DNA from: Armatimonadia bacterium
GTDB taxonomy: Bacteria > Armatimonadota > Zipacnadia > Zipacnadales > UBA11051
Direction: 5' to 3'
DNA length: 14,114 nt
Assembly: GCA_039683575.1 (NCBI GenBank)
Contig: JBDKRC010000048.1
Location: forward strand, 1 to 14,114
This document shows, piece after piece, positions 6,168 through 14,082 of the stretch (its first letter is position 1; every line of letters begins with the position of its first letter). The translations under genes were made by a program, and so were the position numbers. The notes under the pieces were generated by a model. The model made no database searches. It saw only the letters and a list, made by a program, of their open reading frames with translations, and was not told where the DNA came from.

Positions 6168-8528
6168 ATGGACCTGTCCTCGTGGTTAGTGCTACTGCTG
6201 GTCGTCCTTCTCGCCGCCGGTGCGGCCGAGGCAGCCGAGCCCCTCGACCCCGCCCGCGTCAAGCAACTGGAAGCGATGCTCCCCGACCGGCCCATCGGCC
6301 TCGGCCAGCCCCTGACCGACCGCGCGGCCTGGAGCAAGCTGGCGCAGACCCCGGCTTACCAGACGCTGCTTAAGCGCGCCGAGGCGCTCCTGACGACTCC
6401 CCTCCCCGACCAGCCCGACGAACTCTTCCTCGACTTCTCCAAGACCGGCAACCGCGACCGCTGGCAAAACGTCGCCTTCGCCCGCCGCGGTCGCCTCGCC
6501 CCCCTCGTCCTCGCCGAGTGTGTTGAAAACAAGGGCCGTTTCCTCCCCGCCATCGAGCAACTCGTCGCCGCTCTCTGCGCCGAGCCCACCTGGGTCATGC
6601 CCGCCCACGATGCCCAACTCACCAACTTCAACGGCACTTCGGTAGACATAGACCTCGCCTCCTCGGCCCTCGCCTGGGACCTGGCCACCGCCGCCTGGCT
6701 GCTCGGCGACCGCCTCAGTGCCCCCTCCCGCGAGACCATCCGCGGCAATGTCCAGCGCCGCGTCCTCACCCCCTACCGCGACATGTTCAGCGGCGCCCGC
6801 CCGGTCAACTGGTGGATGCTAACCACCAGCAACTGGAACGCCGTCTGCCTCGCCGGCGTCACCGGCGCCGCTCTCGCCCAGATCCCTTCACGCGCCGAGC
6901 GCGCCGAATACGTCGCCGCTGCCGAACTGTATTCCCGCAACTTCCTCAAGGGCTTCACCCCCGACGGGTACTGCAGCGAGGGCGTCGGCTACTGGGACTA
7001 CGGCTTCGGCCGCTATGTGCTCCTCGCCGAGACCCTCCGCCAGGCCACCTCCGGCAAGCTCGACCTGCTCCTGCTGCCCGAGGTCAAAGCCCCGGCCAGC
7101 TTTGGAGCCAATATCATGGTGGACGACACGGTCTGCCCGGCCTTCGCCGACTGCAGCGTCAAGGCCATGCCCGACCCCACCATCATGTACTTCGTCAACC
7201 GCCGCCTGCAGTTGGGTCTGCCCCGCTGGGACGATCTCAACCTCGCCTCCGCCACCGGCAGCCTCTCCGAAGCCATGATCCTCTCCTTCCCCAACGGAGC
7301 CTCCGAGACCAAACCCGCCCCAGCCGCCGCCTCTGGCCGCCCCCTGCGCAGTTGGTTCCCTGATGCCGGTATCCTCGTCGCCCGCCCCCGCGACGGCAGC
7401 CCCACGAGCCTCGCCGCGGCGATGAAGGGCGGCCACAACGCCGAGCATCACAACCACAACGATGTCGGCTCCTACACAGTCTTCCTCGGTGGCCGCACCC
7501 CACTCGTTGACCCCGGCGGCGAAGTCTACACGGCCCGCACCTTCAGCGCCCGCCGCTACGAAAGCAACCTGCTCAACTCCTTCGGCCATCCGGTCCCGCT
7601 CGTCGCCGGCAAGCAGCAATCCCCCGGCGCGAAATACCGCGCCACCGTCCTCGGCACCAGCTTCACCGACGCCTCCGACACCCTCAAGCTCGACCTCAAA
7701 GCCGCCTACGAGGTCCCGGAGCTAAAGACTCTGACCCGCACCTTCACCTACTCCCGCGGGGCCAACGCCTCCCTCACGGTGCAGGACGAGGTCGAATTCA
7801 CCTCGCCGCAAGCCTTCGAGACGGCTCTCATAGTCCGCAGCGGCTACCGTCGCAATGACGATGGCAGCCTCTTCGTCTACGATGTGGACCAGGCGGTTCG
7901 CGTTGAGATCACCTGCACGGGTGGGGACTTCGAACTCATCGAGGAGCAGATCAAAGAGGACTCGGCCGTGAAGCCCTTGCGCGTCGCGATACGCCTCAAG
8001 CAGCCCGTCACAACCGCCAGCCTCAAAGCCACTATCACCCCCATCGCCCCGCCCACCTCGGGCAACCTCCTCGTCAACGGTGGCTTCGAGCAGGCCGCCT
8101 TCGGCTGGGAACTCCCGGCCAACGGCCAGGGCGAGATCTCCACGGAGCGGGCCTTCGAGGGCAAAGCGGCCCTGAAGATCACTGACGACCGCACCGACAA
8201 CGGCTCGAACCTCACCTCCGGCCGTCTCCCCGCCACCGGCGAGAAGGACTACGTCCTCAAGGGCCAGGTCTTCCACGTCTCAGGCAGTGGCATCGGGATG
8301 TACATGAGGTTCTGTGACGCGGCGGGCAACTCTCTCAACCCCGCCGATGACAAGGGCAACATCGCCCCGGTGGGCAGCCTCAGCGGCCCGGCCAACCAAT
8401 GGGCCGCCTTCACCTACCCCTTCCGCACACCGGCTGGCACAACCAACATGCGCCTGTGGATCCACAGCTTCAACGCGACAAAAGTGGAAGCCTACCTGGA
8501 CAACCTCGAAATCTCAGCCGCCCAGTAA
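6168..8528 (+). CDS. Secreted heparinase II/III-family protein (putative polysaccharide/oligosaccharide lyase) with C-terminal CBM4/9-like beta-sandwich
   Basis: Hydrophobic signal peptide ending AEA. Helical-domain motifs SNWNAVC and DGYCSEGVGYWDYG. Hepar_II_III motif KGGHNAEHHNHNDVGSY..LVDPG..Y..S.GH. C-terminal NLLVNGGFE...W...AYLDNLEI. SD TAAGGAG just upstream of ATG 6168. Confidence 0.85.
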   Translation: MDLSSWLVLLLVVLLAAGAAEAAEPLDPARVKQLEAMLPDRPIGLGQPLTDRAAWSKLAQTPAYQTLLKRAEALLTTPLPDQPDELFLDFSKTGNRDRWQNVAFARRGRLAPLVLAECVENKGRFLPAIEQLVAALCAEPTWVMPAHDAQLTNFNGTSVDIDLASSALAWDLATAAWLLGDRLSAPSRETIRGNVQRRVLTPYRDMFSGARPVNWWMLTTSNWNAVCLAGVTGAALAQIPSRAERAEYVAAAELYSRNFLKGFTPDGYCSEGVGYWDYGFGRYVLLAETLRQATSGKLDLLLLPEVKAPASFGANIMVDDTVCPAFADCSVKAMPDPTIMYFVNRRLQLGLPRWDDLNLASATGSLSEAMILSFPNGASETKPAPAAASGRPLRSWFPDAGILVARPRDGSPTSLAAAMKGGHNAEHHNHNDVGSYTVFLGGRTPLVDPGGEVYTARTFSARRYESNLLNSFGHPVPLVAGKQQSPGAKYRATVLGTSFTDASDTLKLDLKAAYEVPELKTLTRTFTYSRGANASLTVQDEVEFTSPQAFETALIVRSGYRRNDDGSLFVYDVDQAVRVEITCTGGDFELIEEQIKEDSAVKPLRVAIRLKQPVTTASLKATITPIAPPTSGNLLVNGGFEQAAFGWELPANGQGEISTERAFEGKAALKITDDRTDNGSNLTSGRLPATGEKDYVLKGQVFHVSGSGIGMYMRFCDAAGNSLNPADDKGNIAPVGSLSGPANQWAAFTYPFRTPAGTTNMRLWIHSFNATKVEAYLDNLEISAAQ

Positions 8529-8531
8529 TGC

Positions 8532-8564
8532 GGAAGGGCCGGCATCTGCCGGCCCTTCCTCTTC
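8532..8564 (+). terminator. Probable intrinsic terminator of the kinase-lyase unit
   Basis: Perfect 13-bp inverted repeat GGAAGGGCCGGCA-TC-TGCCGGCCCTTCC (8532-8559), 3 nt after the stop codon, followed by a weak TCTTC tail. Confidence 0.65.
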
Positions 8565-8566
8565 GG

Positions 8567-8611
8567 GTGGAGGGGCCGAGCCGAGACCGTCTTCGGTCTC
8601 ACAGCCGGCCC
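8567..8611 (+). repeat. REP-like nested hairpin
   Basis: GTGGAGGGGCCG head. Outer stem GGGCCG/CGGCCC. Inner stem GAGACCG-TCTT-CGGTCTC (8583-8600). Confidence 0.45.
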
Positions 8612-8672
8612 GCCGTTATCACCGACAACCCTCGTTTCGTAATTCTGCCCCAACAACCGGTATATCCGCAGC

Positions 8673-8751
8673 AACGGGGACTGACCCCAATTTCGCAACC
8701 TTCCCCCTCGCCTCCCAAAACCCTCAGGCGAAATTGGGGTCTGTCCCCGTT
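8673..8751. repeat. 79-bp inverted-repeat element (REPIN/MITE-like) with GGGGAC(T/A)GACCCC arms
   Basis: AACGGGGACTGACCCCAATTTCGC (8673-8696) and GCGAAATTGGGGTCTGTCCCCGTT (8728-8751) form 24-bp arms with one mismatch and a 31-nt spacer. Confidence 0.8.
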
Positions 8752-8785
8752 CCGGCCCTGTCGGACCTCCCCGACCAACTTCCGC

Positions 8786-8822
8786 ACAACGAAGGACGGG
8801 GCCTCCACCCGAGGCCCCGTCC
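8786..8822 (-). terminator. Probable intrinsic terminator of the minus-strand GH42-CBM9 unit
   Basis: 12-bp perfect stem GGACGGGGCCTC/GAGGCCCCGTCC (8794-8822) with a 5-nt loop, followed on the minus strand by TTCGTTGT. It lies about 35 nt downstream of the stop at 8857. Confidence 0.65.
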
Positions 8823-8851
8823 CTGTTCCCTGGTCCCTGTTCCCTGTTCCC
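8820..8851. repeat. Heptamer tandem repeat (TCCCTGT) x ~4.5
   Basis: TCCCTGT TCCCTGG TCCCTGT TCCCTGT TCCC, read directly from the sequence. Confidence 0.85.
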
Positions 8852-8856
8852 GCCGT

Positions 8857-9837
8857 TCAGTTCACCGATAGCAGCCGATATATCAAGTACTTGTACATCA
8901 CATCATACGACTGCCTGTTCAGCTCCTGCAGCTTCATCAACGCCTGGCGCATATCCAGGATATTGGCATTCTGGGCCTCGCGGCTGATCTGCTCAATCCG
9001 CTGCCAGTCCGCCAAAAGCCCCTGCGCCTGCGCCCCAAACTTCGCATCCCCTGCCGCTTCCTTCAGCGTCCCCACATAATCCGCGCCCAGCTTCGCCGCC
9101 TCCTGCACCTGCCCCACCAGCGTATTGCGGTACCCGGAGTTGAGCTGCTCGGTCACCTTCATCGCGTCCGCCGGCGAAAGCGTCCCCGCCTGGAACTTCA
9201 GCACCGCGAAGTTCTCCGGCTCCAAAAACCGGCTCTGCAGCGGCGCCCAGCTTGTGAACTTGTCCCCGCCCGATTGGGTGGTGAAGATATTCCGGCAGAT
9301 GTTGCCTGCCCACGCCTTCCCGGCCGCGGGCTTGCCCGGGAACATCGTGTACGGGAACCGCGCCTCGATCGAATACTGCTTGTCCTCGATCTTCGCCGCC
9401 GCCTGGAACTTCAGCGGATCCGGGTTGCCCTCAAATCCACCCTTCGCCCCGCCCGCCGTCACGCCAAACTGGTACACCTGCGGCGACGGCAGCGGATGGA
9501 TGAAGATCTCCAGGCTATCCTCCGCCCACGTGTCCCCGCCATCCCGCGCGCTCGGCTTCATCTTCGCCGCATCCGGCTCCTCGCACACCACGCCGATATA
9601 CAGCGCCTCATCATCCCACGCCAGCCGCGCCACGGTCTGCTTGCTGTTCGAATAGCCATTGCCCAGCACAAAGAACCCGGTCATCGAGGGAATCCCCTCC
9701 CACGCCGGATCGCCCTGCACCACCCCATCCATGGTCACCGGGCAAGCCACCCGGTGCACCGGATAGCTAGGCGGTGCCGCCTGCACGCCAGTAACAAGCA
9801 GCACCATCAGCACCAAAGCAACGCTGAGAAATCTCAT
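8857..9837 (-). CDS. Secreted CBM9-like (DOMON-type) sugar-binding protein with a helical C-terminal extension
   Basis: Signal peptide ending VQA. CBM9-like motifs MDG....AW, TVARLAWDDEALYIGVVCEEP, RDG..WAEDSLEIFI, YQFGVT..G, YSIEARFPY, W.GNICRN, SWAP, F.EPENF. ATG 9837 has GGAGG 7 nt upstream; TTG 9840 is the alternative start. Confidence 0.8.
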   Translation of the reverse strand: MRFLSVALVLMVLLVTGVQAAPPSYPVHRVACPVTMDGVVQGDPAWEGIPSMTGFFVLGNGYSNSKQTVARLAWDDEALYIGVVCEEPDAAKMKPSARDGGDTWAEDSLEIFIHPLPSPQVYQFGVTAGGAKGGFEGNPDPLKFQAAAKIEDKQYSIEARFPYTMFPGKPAAGKAWAGNICRNIFTTQSGGDKFTSWAPLQSRFLEPENFAVLKFQAGTLSPADAMKVTEQLNSGYRNTLVGQVQEAAKLGADYVGTLKEAAGDAKFGAQAQGLLADWQRIEQISREAQNANILDMRQALMKLQELNRQSYDVMYKYLIYRLLSVN

Positions 9838-9879
9838 CAATAACCCTCCCTCGATAGCCCGCCTTACTTACATGGACCC

Positions 9880-9906
9880 GGTAGGAGCGCTCCCCTGAGC
9901 GCGACC
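9880..9906 (+). repeat. GTAG-type REP-like palindrome, intergenic copy
   Basis: GGTAGGAGCGCTCCCCTGAGCGCGACC with stem GCGCTC-CCCT-GAGCGC. Identical to 13093-13119. Confidence 0.85.
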
Positions 9907-9936
9907 TCTACGACCCTCGCTCGCCTCGCCAATTCC

Positions 9937-12900
9937 CTATTCGCTAATTCCCAACACCTTCACCCCCGCCGTCCCCCTAACCCCCGTCGCCACGTCCGTC
10001 GCCACGATCTTCCACGCCCCCGCCGCCTCATCTAGCGCCAACTGCACCTTCCCCGCCGCCGTCCCGCCCTCGCTCACCACATTCGCCGCATACCATGGTC
10101 GCTCCTTGCCGTCCGGCCCAAACACCTGCACCCGCAGCACATGCTCCGCCGCCTGCCCCTTCGTCCCGAGCTTCGCCGCATACCGCAATTCCTCCCCGGC
10201 CTTCACGGCTGCCGGCGCCTGCACCGCCACACTATCGAGCTTGTACGGCAGCAGCGCGTAAAGCTGGGCGATCCCAGGCGTCAGCTTCGTCCCCACCGTT
10301 GCCGTCTCGCCCAGGTACTTCCCCGACCGCACCTCATATACATGCCGCTTCTGTGGCAGCTTGATTGTCACCGCCCGTGCCTGCAGTTGCGCCTCCGGGT
10401 GGTTGGTGTAATACAGCGGGTCCAGCGGCAGCCCCTGGATGATCCCCACATACTCGGCCCCGCCCTGGGCAAACCGCGACACTTCCACCCGCGGCGCCTC
10501 CGGTGTGACGGTCACCTGCGGCGCAACTCCCGCGGCCTTCAGCAGCCCGCCGAAGAACTCCCGGTACGGCGCTCCCTGATTCCACCCCGCAAACTCCGCG
10601 CCCTCCTGCTTCAGCGGCGACAGGTACCCCTTCAGCGAGAAGTTCAGCAGTATCGCCTTCCCCTTACCGACCGCGTTGCTGATCACCGCCGGCGTCTCAC
10701 CAATCTTCGCCGCCCCGCCAGAGGCCTTCACCCCTGCATCGCAGATAACACCCTTCAGACTCCCGCCACCAATCGTCAAATCGCCATTGCCCGCCTTGAA
10801 TGCCTCGGCGTACTGCACTCCAAACAGCTCCTGCGGCGCCGGCGCCGCATACGGCTTCCCATGCTCATCCGTCACGCCCGGCCGCAAGTCCGCTACCACC
10901 GTCCCGCCGCCCTCCGCAAACTTCCTGACCGCTGCAATCTCCGCCTCAGATAGCGCCAGCGACTGCGGCAGCAGCAGTACCTTGAAGTCCTTGTTGTTCA
11001 GCTTCCCCGCCGCCAGTTCCGCATACGACAGCACCTTCGCCTCCAGCCCGCAGTCGTGTAGCACCATGACCATGCTGCTGAGCGCGTTGTCCATGCTCGG
11101 CAGCCCCGGCGTCGCCGTCCCCACGTGCATGCTCGCCGCCGACCACAGCAGCGCCACCCCGTCATGCTGCCGCTCCGCATTCATGAGCAGCTTCCCCGGC
11201 CCCGCCTTGATGCGCCCCACTTCCTCACAGGCCTTCTGAAAGAACGGGTACAGCGACACGTCGTATGACATGACCGAGCCCGGATTGCCCTGTCCGCACC
11301 ACACCCAGAAGCTGTTCGAGCCCTTGAACAGCGTCCGCCACGGGAACCACCGCATGAACTCCTCGTTGCGATTGCCCGGATACCCGCCGAACCACCCGGC
11401 CCCGAGCAGCATCCCCTTCGGCGCAAAGTCCACCATGGCCACCGACAGGAAGTCCTTGTAGTAGATATTGTTCAGGTCCATCGCCTGCGACAGCTTCCAG
11501 TAGTCCGTCGCCTGCCAAGTGCTCGCGGTGATGTCCGAACCCTCGTACCCTACCCGCGCGTGCGGCACCGTCTCCTTGATGATCCCGCGCGAGTAGTCAT
11601 GGATCCCCGCCCACACACTGTCCATGTGCAGCCGGTGGTCCACCCACGGCACCAGGTTCCCGGTCTTCTTCGCCTCCTCCAGCGTCTGGGGCTTGACCTC
11701 ATTCCAGTTGCTGAAGTTGCTGCCCCACTCTGCGTTCAGCTTCTCCAGCGTCCCATAGCTCTCCCGCGCCCACCGCTGGAAGTCCGCGTTGCACGTCTCG
11801 GAAAAGCACAGGTCCCAGTTCCCTGCCACAAAGTGATTTTCATCACCCAGCGTAAAGTCCGAAGCCCCGTACTTCAGCCCCCGCTGCGCAACCTTCGTAA
11901 GATCGTCCCGCACCTTCGCTCGGTACACCGGGTCGGTCAAGCACGGGGAGCGCACCAGGTCACCCTTCTCCCGCGTCGGCCTCTCCTGGTACCAGTCAGT
12001 CTTGGTATCCACAAACCGCGTCGCATACGGCAGCCACCGCTGGTTCGCATACGGCCCGTACCCGATGCTGCCGCCGTCATAGAACGAGTCGATCCCGTTG
12101 CGCGTGAACTCCTCGGCCATCATCGGCGCCACGAAGTCATTCGGGTATCCCTGCCACATCACAAACTGCACGTCATCCCGCGGTGACATGCGGTTGTTGA
12201 TCGTGAAGTCCACCTGCCGCGCTTCGAGGATTTGCTTCCCCTGCACAACCTCCGCCTCCAGCCACCCTACAATCGTCAGCATCGGCTGCACCGGCACCTC
12301 AAACGCCATCTCATTCCCCGTCACCGGCACCGTCCGCTCCGCCACCAGCCGCCCATAGCCATCCCTCGCGGTCAGCCTCACCTGCAGGCCCGCCGTCGGC
12401 CCCTCCAGCACCAGCTTCCCACGCAACGGCTCCTTCAGCGCAAAGCTGTCCTGCCCCAGCGTCAGTTCCTTAACCCGCGTCGGCGCGCCCAGTTGCAGCC
12501 CCACCGTCCCAAACCCCACCGTCTTCCCCGCGCTCTGCACAAGCAAGTTCACAAAGCAATCCCCGGCCCCCACCGCCGGCAGCGCCACCGCCACCTCGTT
12601 CTCCCCAGCCCTCAAATCCACCGCCTGCTTGCCTCCGCCCACCTGCCGTCCGTACTGATCCCGCACGTCCGTCACCAGCGTCGCCTTCGGGCAAGCCGCC
12701 CCTGCCACCAGCTTCACCGGCACCTGCGTCATCCCCACCGTCCCCGCCACCGGCTCATTCGCGGCGACCGCAACCTGCGGCGACTTCTTAGCCCCCCACA
12801 AAATCAGCCGCGTCGCCAGTTGCAGGTAATAGTCATAGTCCTGCCTGCAGTACTGCACGGCCTCGGTCGGCCCCGGCGTCAGCATCTGGTGCCCCGGAGG

Positions 12901-14082
12901 CGACAGGTTCAAAAGCCCAATCCGCCCGTCGCGGAAGGTCGTCGCCGTCACGATACTCCGCAGAAAGCTCGCAGCATCCGGCTGCTTGGCAAACGCCGGC
13001 AGCATCCGCTGCGGCAGCCCCTGCGAAAGCTCCACCGGCGCCGGCCCCGGATACTCAAAACTCCCATTCGGCAACAGATTTGCCGTGTCGTTGGTAGGAG
13101 CGCTCCCCTGAGCGCGACCATCACCGACCTTCACCAACTTCGCATCATCAAACCAAACCACGCCCGGCTGGTAGATCAACATATACACGCCGGTCGTCGT
13201 CACGGTGTCATTCGTCTTGAACTTCTTCTCCGTCAGCTTCCACTCCGCTGACGCCGGAATCGCCACCCCACCCGCCGGCTGCGGATGCAAACTCACCGTC
13301 ACGTCCCCGTCCTTGAGCCCCTGCGTCTTGGCCCACACCGAGAACACATACTCCGTATTCGGCTCAAGCTTGATGATCCCCGGATAGTACCCCGCCCGCG
13401 AAGCCTCCCGGCTCCCCTTTGTCACCGACTTGCACTCCACGCGCAGCGCCGCCGTACCGGTATGCCCGCCGGTATAGTCCACACTCCCCTCATAAACCCC
13501 TGTCCCAAAGTAATCCGCCACCCCCTGCGCCGCGCCCGACCACGTCGCCCAGTTCCACCCAAAGCTCGCGGTCTTCAGGATCTCATCCAGATAGGCATCC
13601 CGCGTCCGCGCCACACCCACCAGCCCCGTCCCCGCCTTAACCTTCTTCAAGATCTCATACCGGCAATCCAGCGGCAGCGCATCCCAGTTGATCGCGCCCA
13701 GCACGATCACATCATAGTCCCGCGCCAAATCCCCCCGCAGCCGCTCGGCCAGCTCCTCATACGAGTTGCCCCGCACGAGCCTCCAACTGGCATCAACCCC
13801 AATCCCGGTCTCCCCAAAAGCCCCGGGCCCATCCATGGCAAAGACGCGGTAGTCCATCTCCACTCGCTGCGCCAGTTCAATGACTTCGCGCATGGCATTA
13901 CGATGAGTAATAAACAGCACCTTAGGCGGGGCATAGTAAGGCTTAGCCCAGGCAATATGCGGCGTAACCACCTCCGCCACCGGCACAAAGAACCGCTCAT
14001 CATAGAGCGGCCTCTCCCTCTCCGCCGCCATCGCCGCCCCAACCACCAAAACCAAAGCCGCAATAGCAATTACTCGCCGCAT
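9937..14082 (-). CDS. Large secreted multidomain glycoside hydrolase, GH42 (beta-galactosidase)-like, clan GH-A, with a CBM-like module, a trimerisation (GATase1-like) domain and a C-terminal Ig-like domain
   Basis: Signal peptide ending AMA. Putative acid/base FTLGDENH. GH42-type segment CFSETCNADFQRWARESYGTLEKLNAEWGSNFSNWNEV, then WVDHR. Trimerisation-like VALLWS...VLLLPQSLALSEAE...FAEGGGTVVAD.RPG..DEHG. SD GGGAGG upstream of ATG 14082. Substrate cannot be determined from sequence. Confidence 0.8.
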   Translation of the reverse strand: MRRVIAIAALVLVVGAAMAAERERPLYDERFFVPVAEVVTPHIAWAKPYYAPPKVLFITHRNAMREVIELAQRVEMDYRVFAMDGPGAFGETGIGVDASWRLVRGNSYEELAERLRGDLARDYDVIVLGAINWDALPLDCRYEILKKVKAGTGLVGVARTRDAYLDEILKTASFGWNWATWSGAAQGVADYFGTGVYEGSVDYTGGHTGTAALRVECKSVTKGSREASRAGYYPGIIKLEPNTEYVFSVWAKTQGLKDGDVTVSLHPQPAGGVAIPASAEWKLTEKKFKTNDTVTTTGVYMLIYQPGVVWFDDAKLVKVGDGRAQGSAPTNDTANLLPNGSFEYPGPAPVELSQGLPQRMLPAFAKQPDAASFLRSIVTATTFRDGRIGLLNLSPPGHQMLTPGPTEAVQYCRQDYDYYLQLATRLILWGAKKSPQVAVAANEPVAGTVGMTQVPVKLVAGAACPKATLVTDVRDQYGRQVGGGKQAVDLRAGENEVAVALPAVGAGDCFVNLLVQSAGKTVGFGTVGLQLGAPTRVKELTLGQDSFALKEPLRGKLVLEGPTAGLQVRLTARDGYGRLVAERTVPVTGNEMAFEVPVQPMLTIVGWLEAEVVQGKQILEARQVDFTINNRMSPRDDVQFVMWQGYPNDFVAPMMAEEFTRNGIDSFYDGGSIGYGPYANQRWLPYATRFVDTKTDWYQERPTREKGDLVRSPCLTDPVYRAKVRDDLTKVAQRGLKYGASDFTLGDENHFVAGNWDLCFSETCNADFQRWARESYGTLEKLNAEWGSNFSNWNEVKPQTLEEAKKTGNLVPWVDHRLHMDSVWAGIHDYSRGIIKETVPHARVGYEGSDITASTWQATDYWKLSQAMDLNNIYYKDFLSVAMVDFAPKGMLLGAGWFGGYPGNRNEEFMRWFPWRTLFKGSNSFWVWCGQGNPGSVMSYDVSLYPFFQKACEEVGRIKAGPGKLLMNAERQHDGVALLWSAASMHVGTATPGLPSMDNALSSMVMVLHDCGLEAKVLSYAELAAGKLNNKDFKVLLLPQSLALSEAEIAAVRKFAEGGGTVVADLRPGVTDEHGKPYAAPAPQELFGVQYAEAFKAGNGDLTIGGGSLKGVICDAGVKASGGAAKIGETPAVISNAVGKGKAILLNFSLKGYLSPLKQEGAEFAGWNQGAPYREFFGGLLKAAGVAPQVTVTPEAPRVEVSRFAQGGAEYVGIIQGLPLDPLYYTNHPEAQLQARAVTIKLPQKRHVYEVRSGKYLGETATVGTKLTPGIAQLYALLPYKLDSVAVQAPAAVKAGEELRYAAKLGTKGQAAEHVLRVQVFGPDGKERPWYAANVVSEGGTAAGKVQLALDEAAGAWKIVATDVATGVRGTAGVKVLGISE
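13093..13119 (+). repeat. GTAG-type REP-like palindrome, intragenic in-frame copy (encodes GRAQGSAPT on the minus strand)
   Basis: 27/27 identical to 9880-9906 and spans exactly nine codons of the 9937-14082 CDS. Confidence 0.85.

Noticed and set aside
8314-9079. ORFs spanning the 8529-8856 intergenic region (185 aa, 226 aa, 68 aa, 69 aa)
   Set aside because: They overlap real genes, read through hairpins and tandem repeats, and have low-complexity Pro/Ser/Arg composition with no recognisable motifs.
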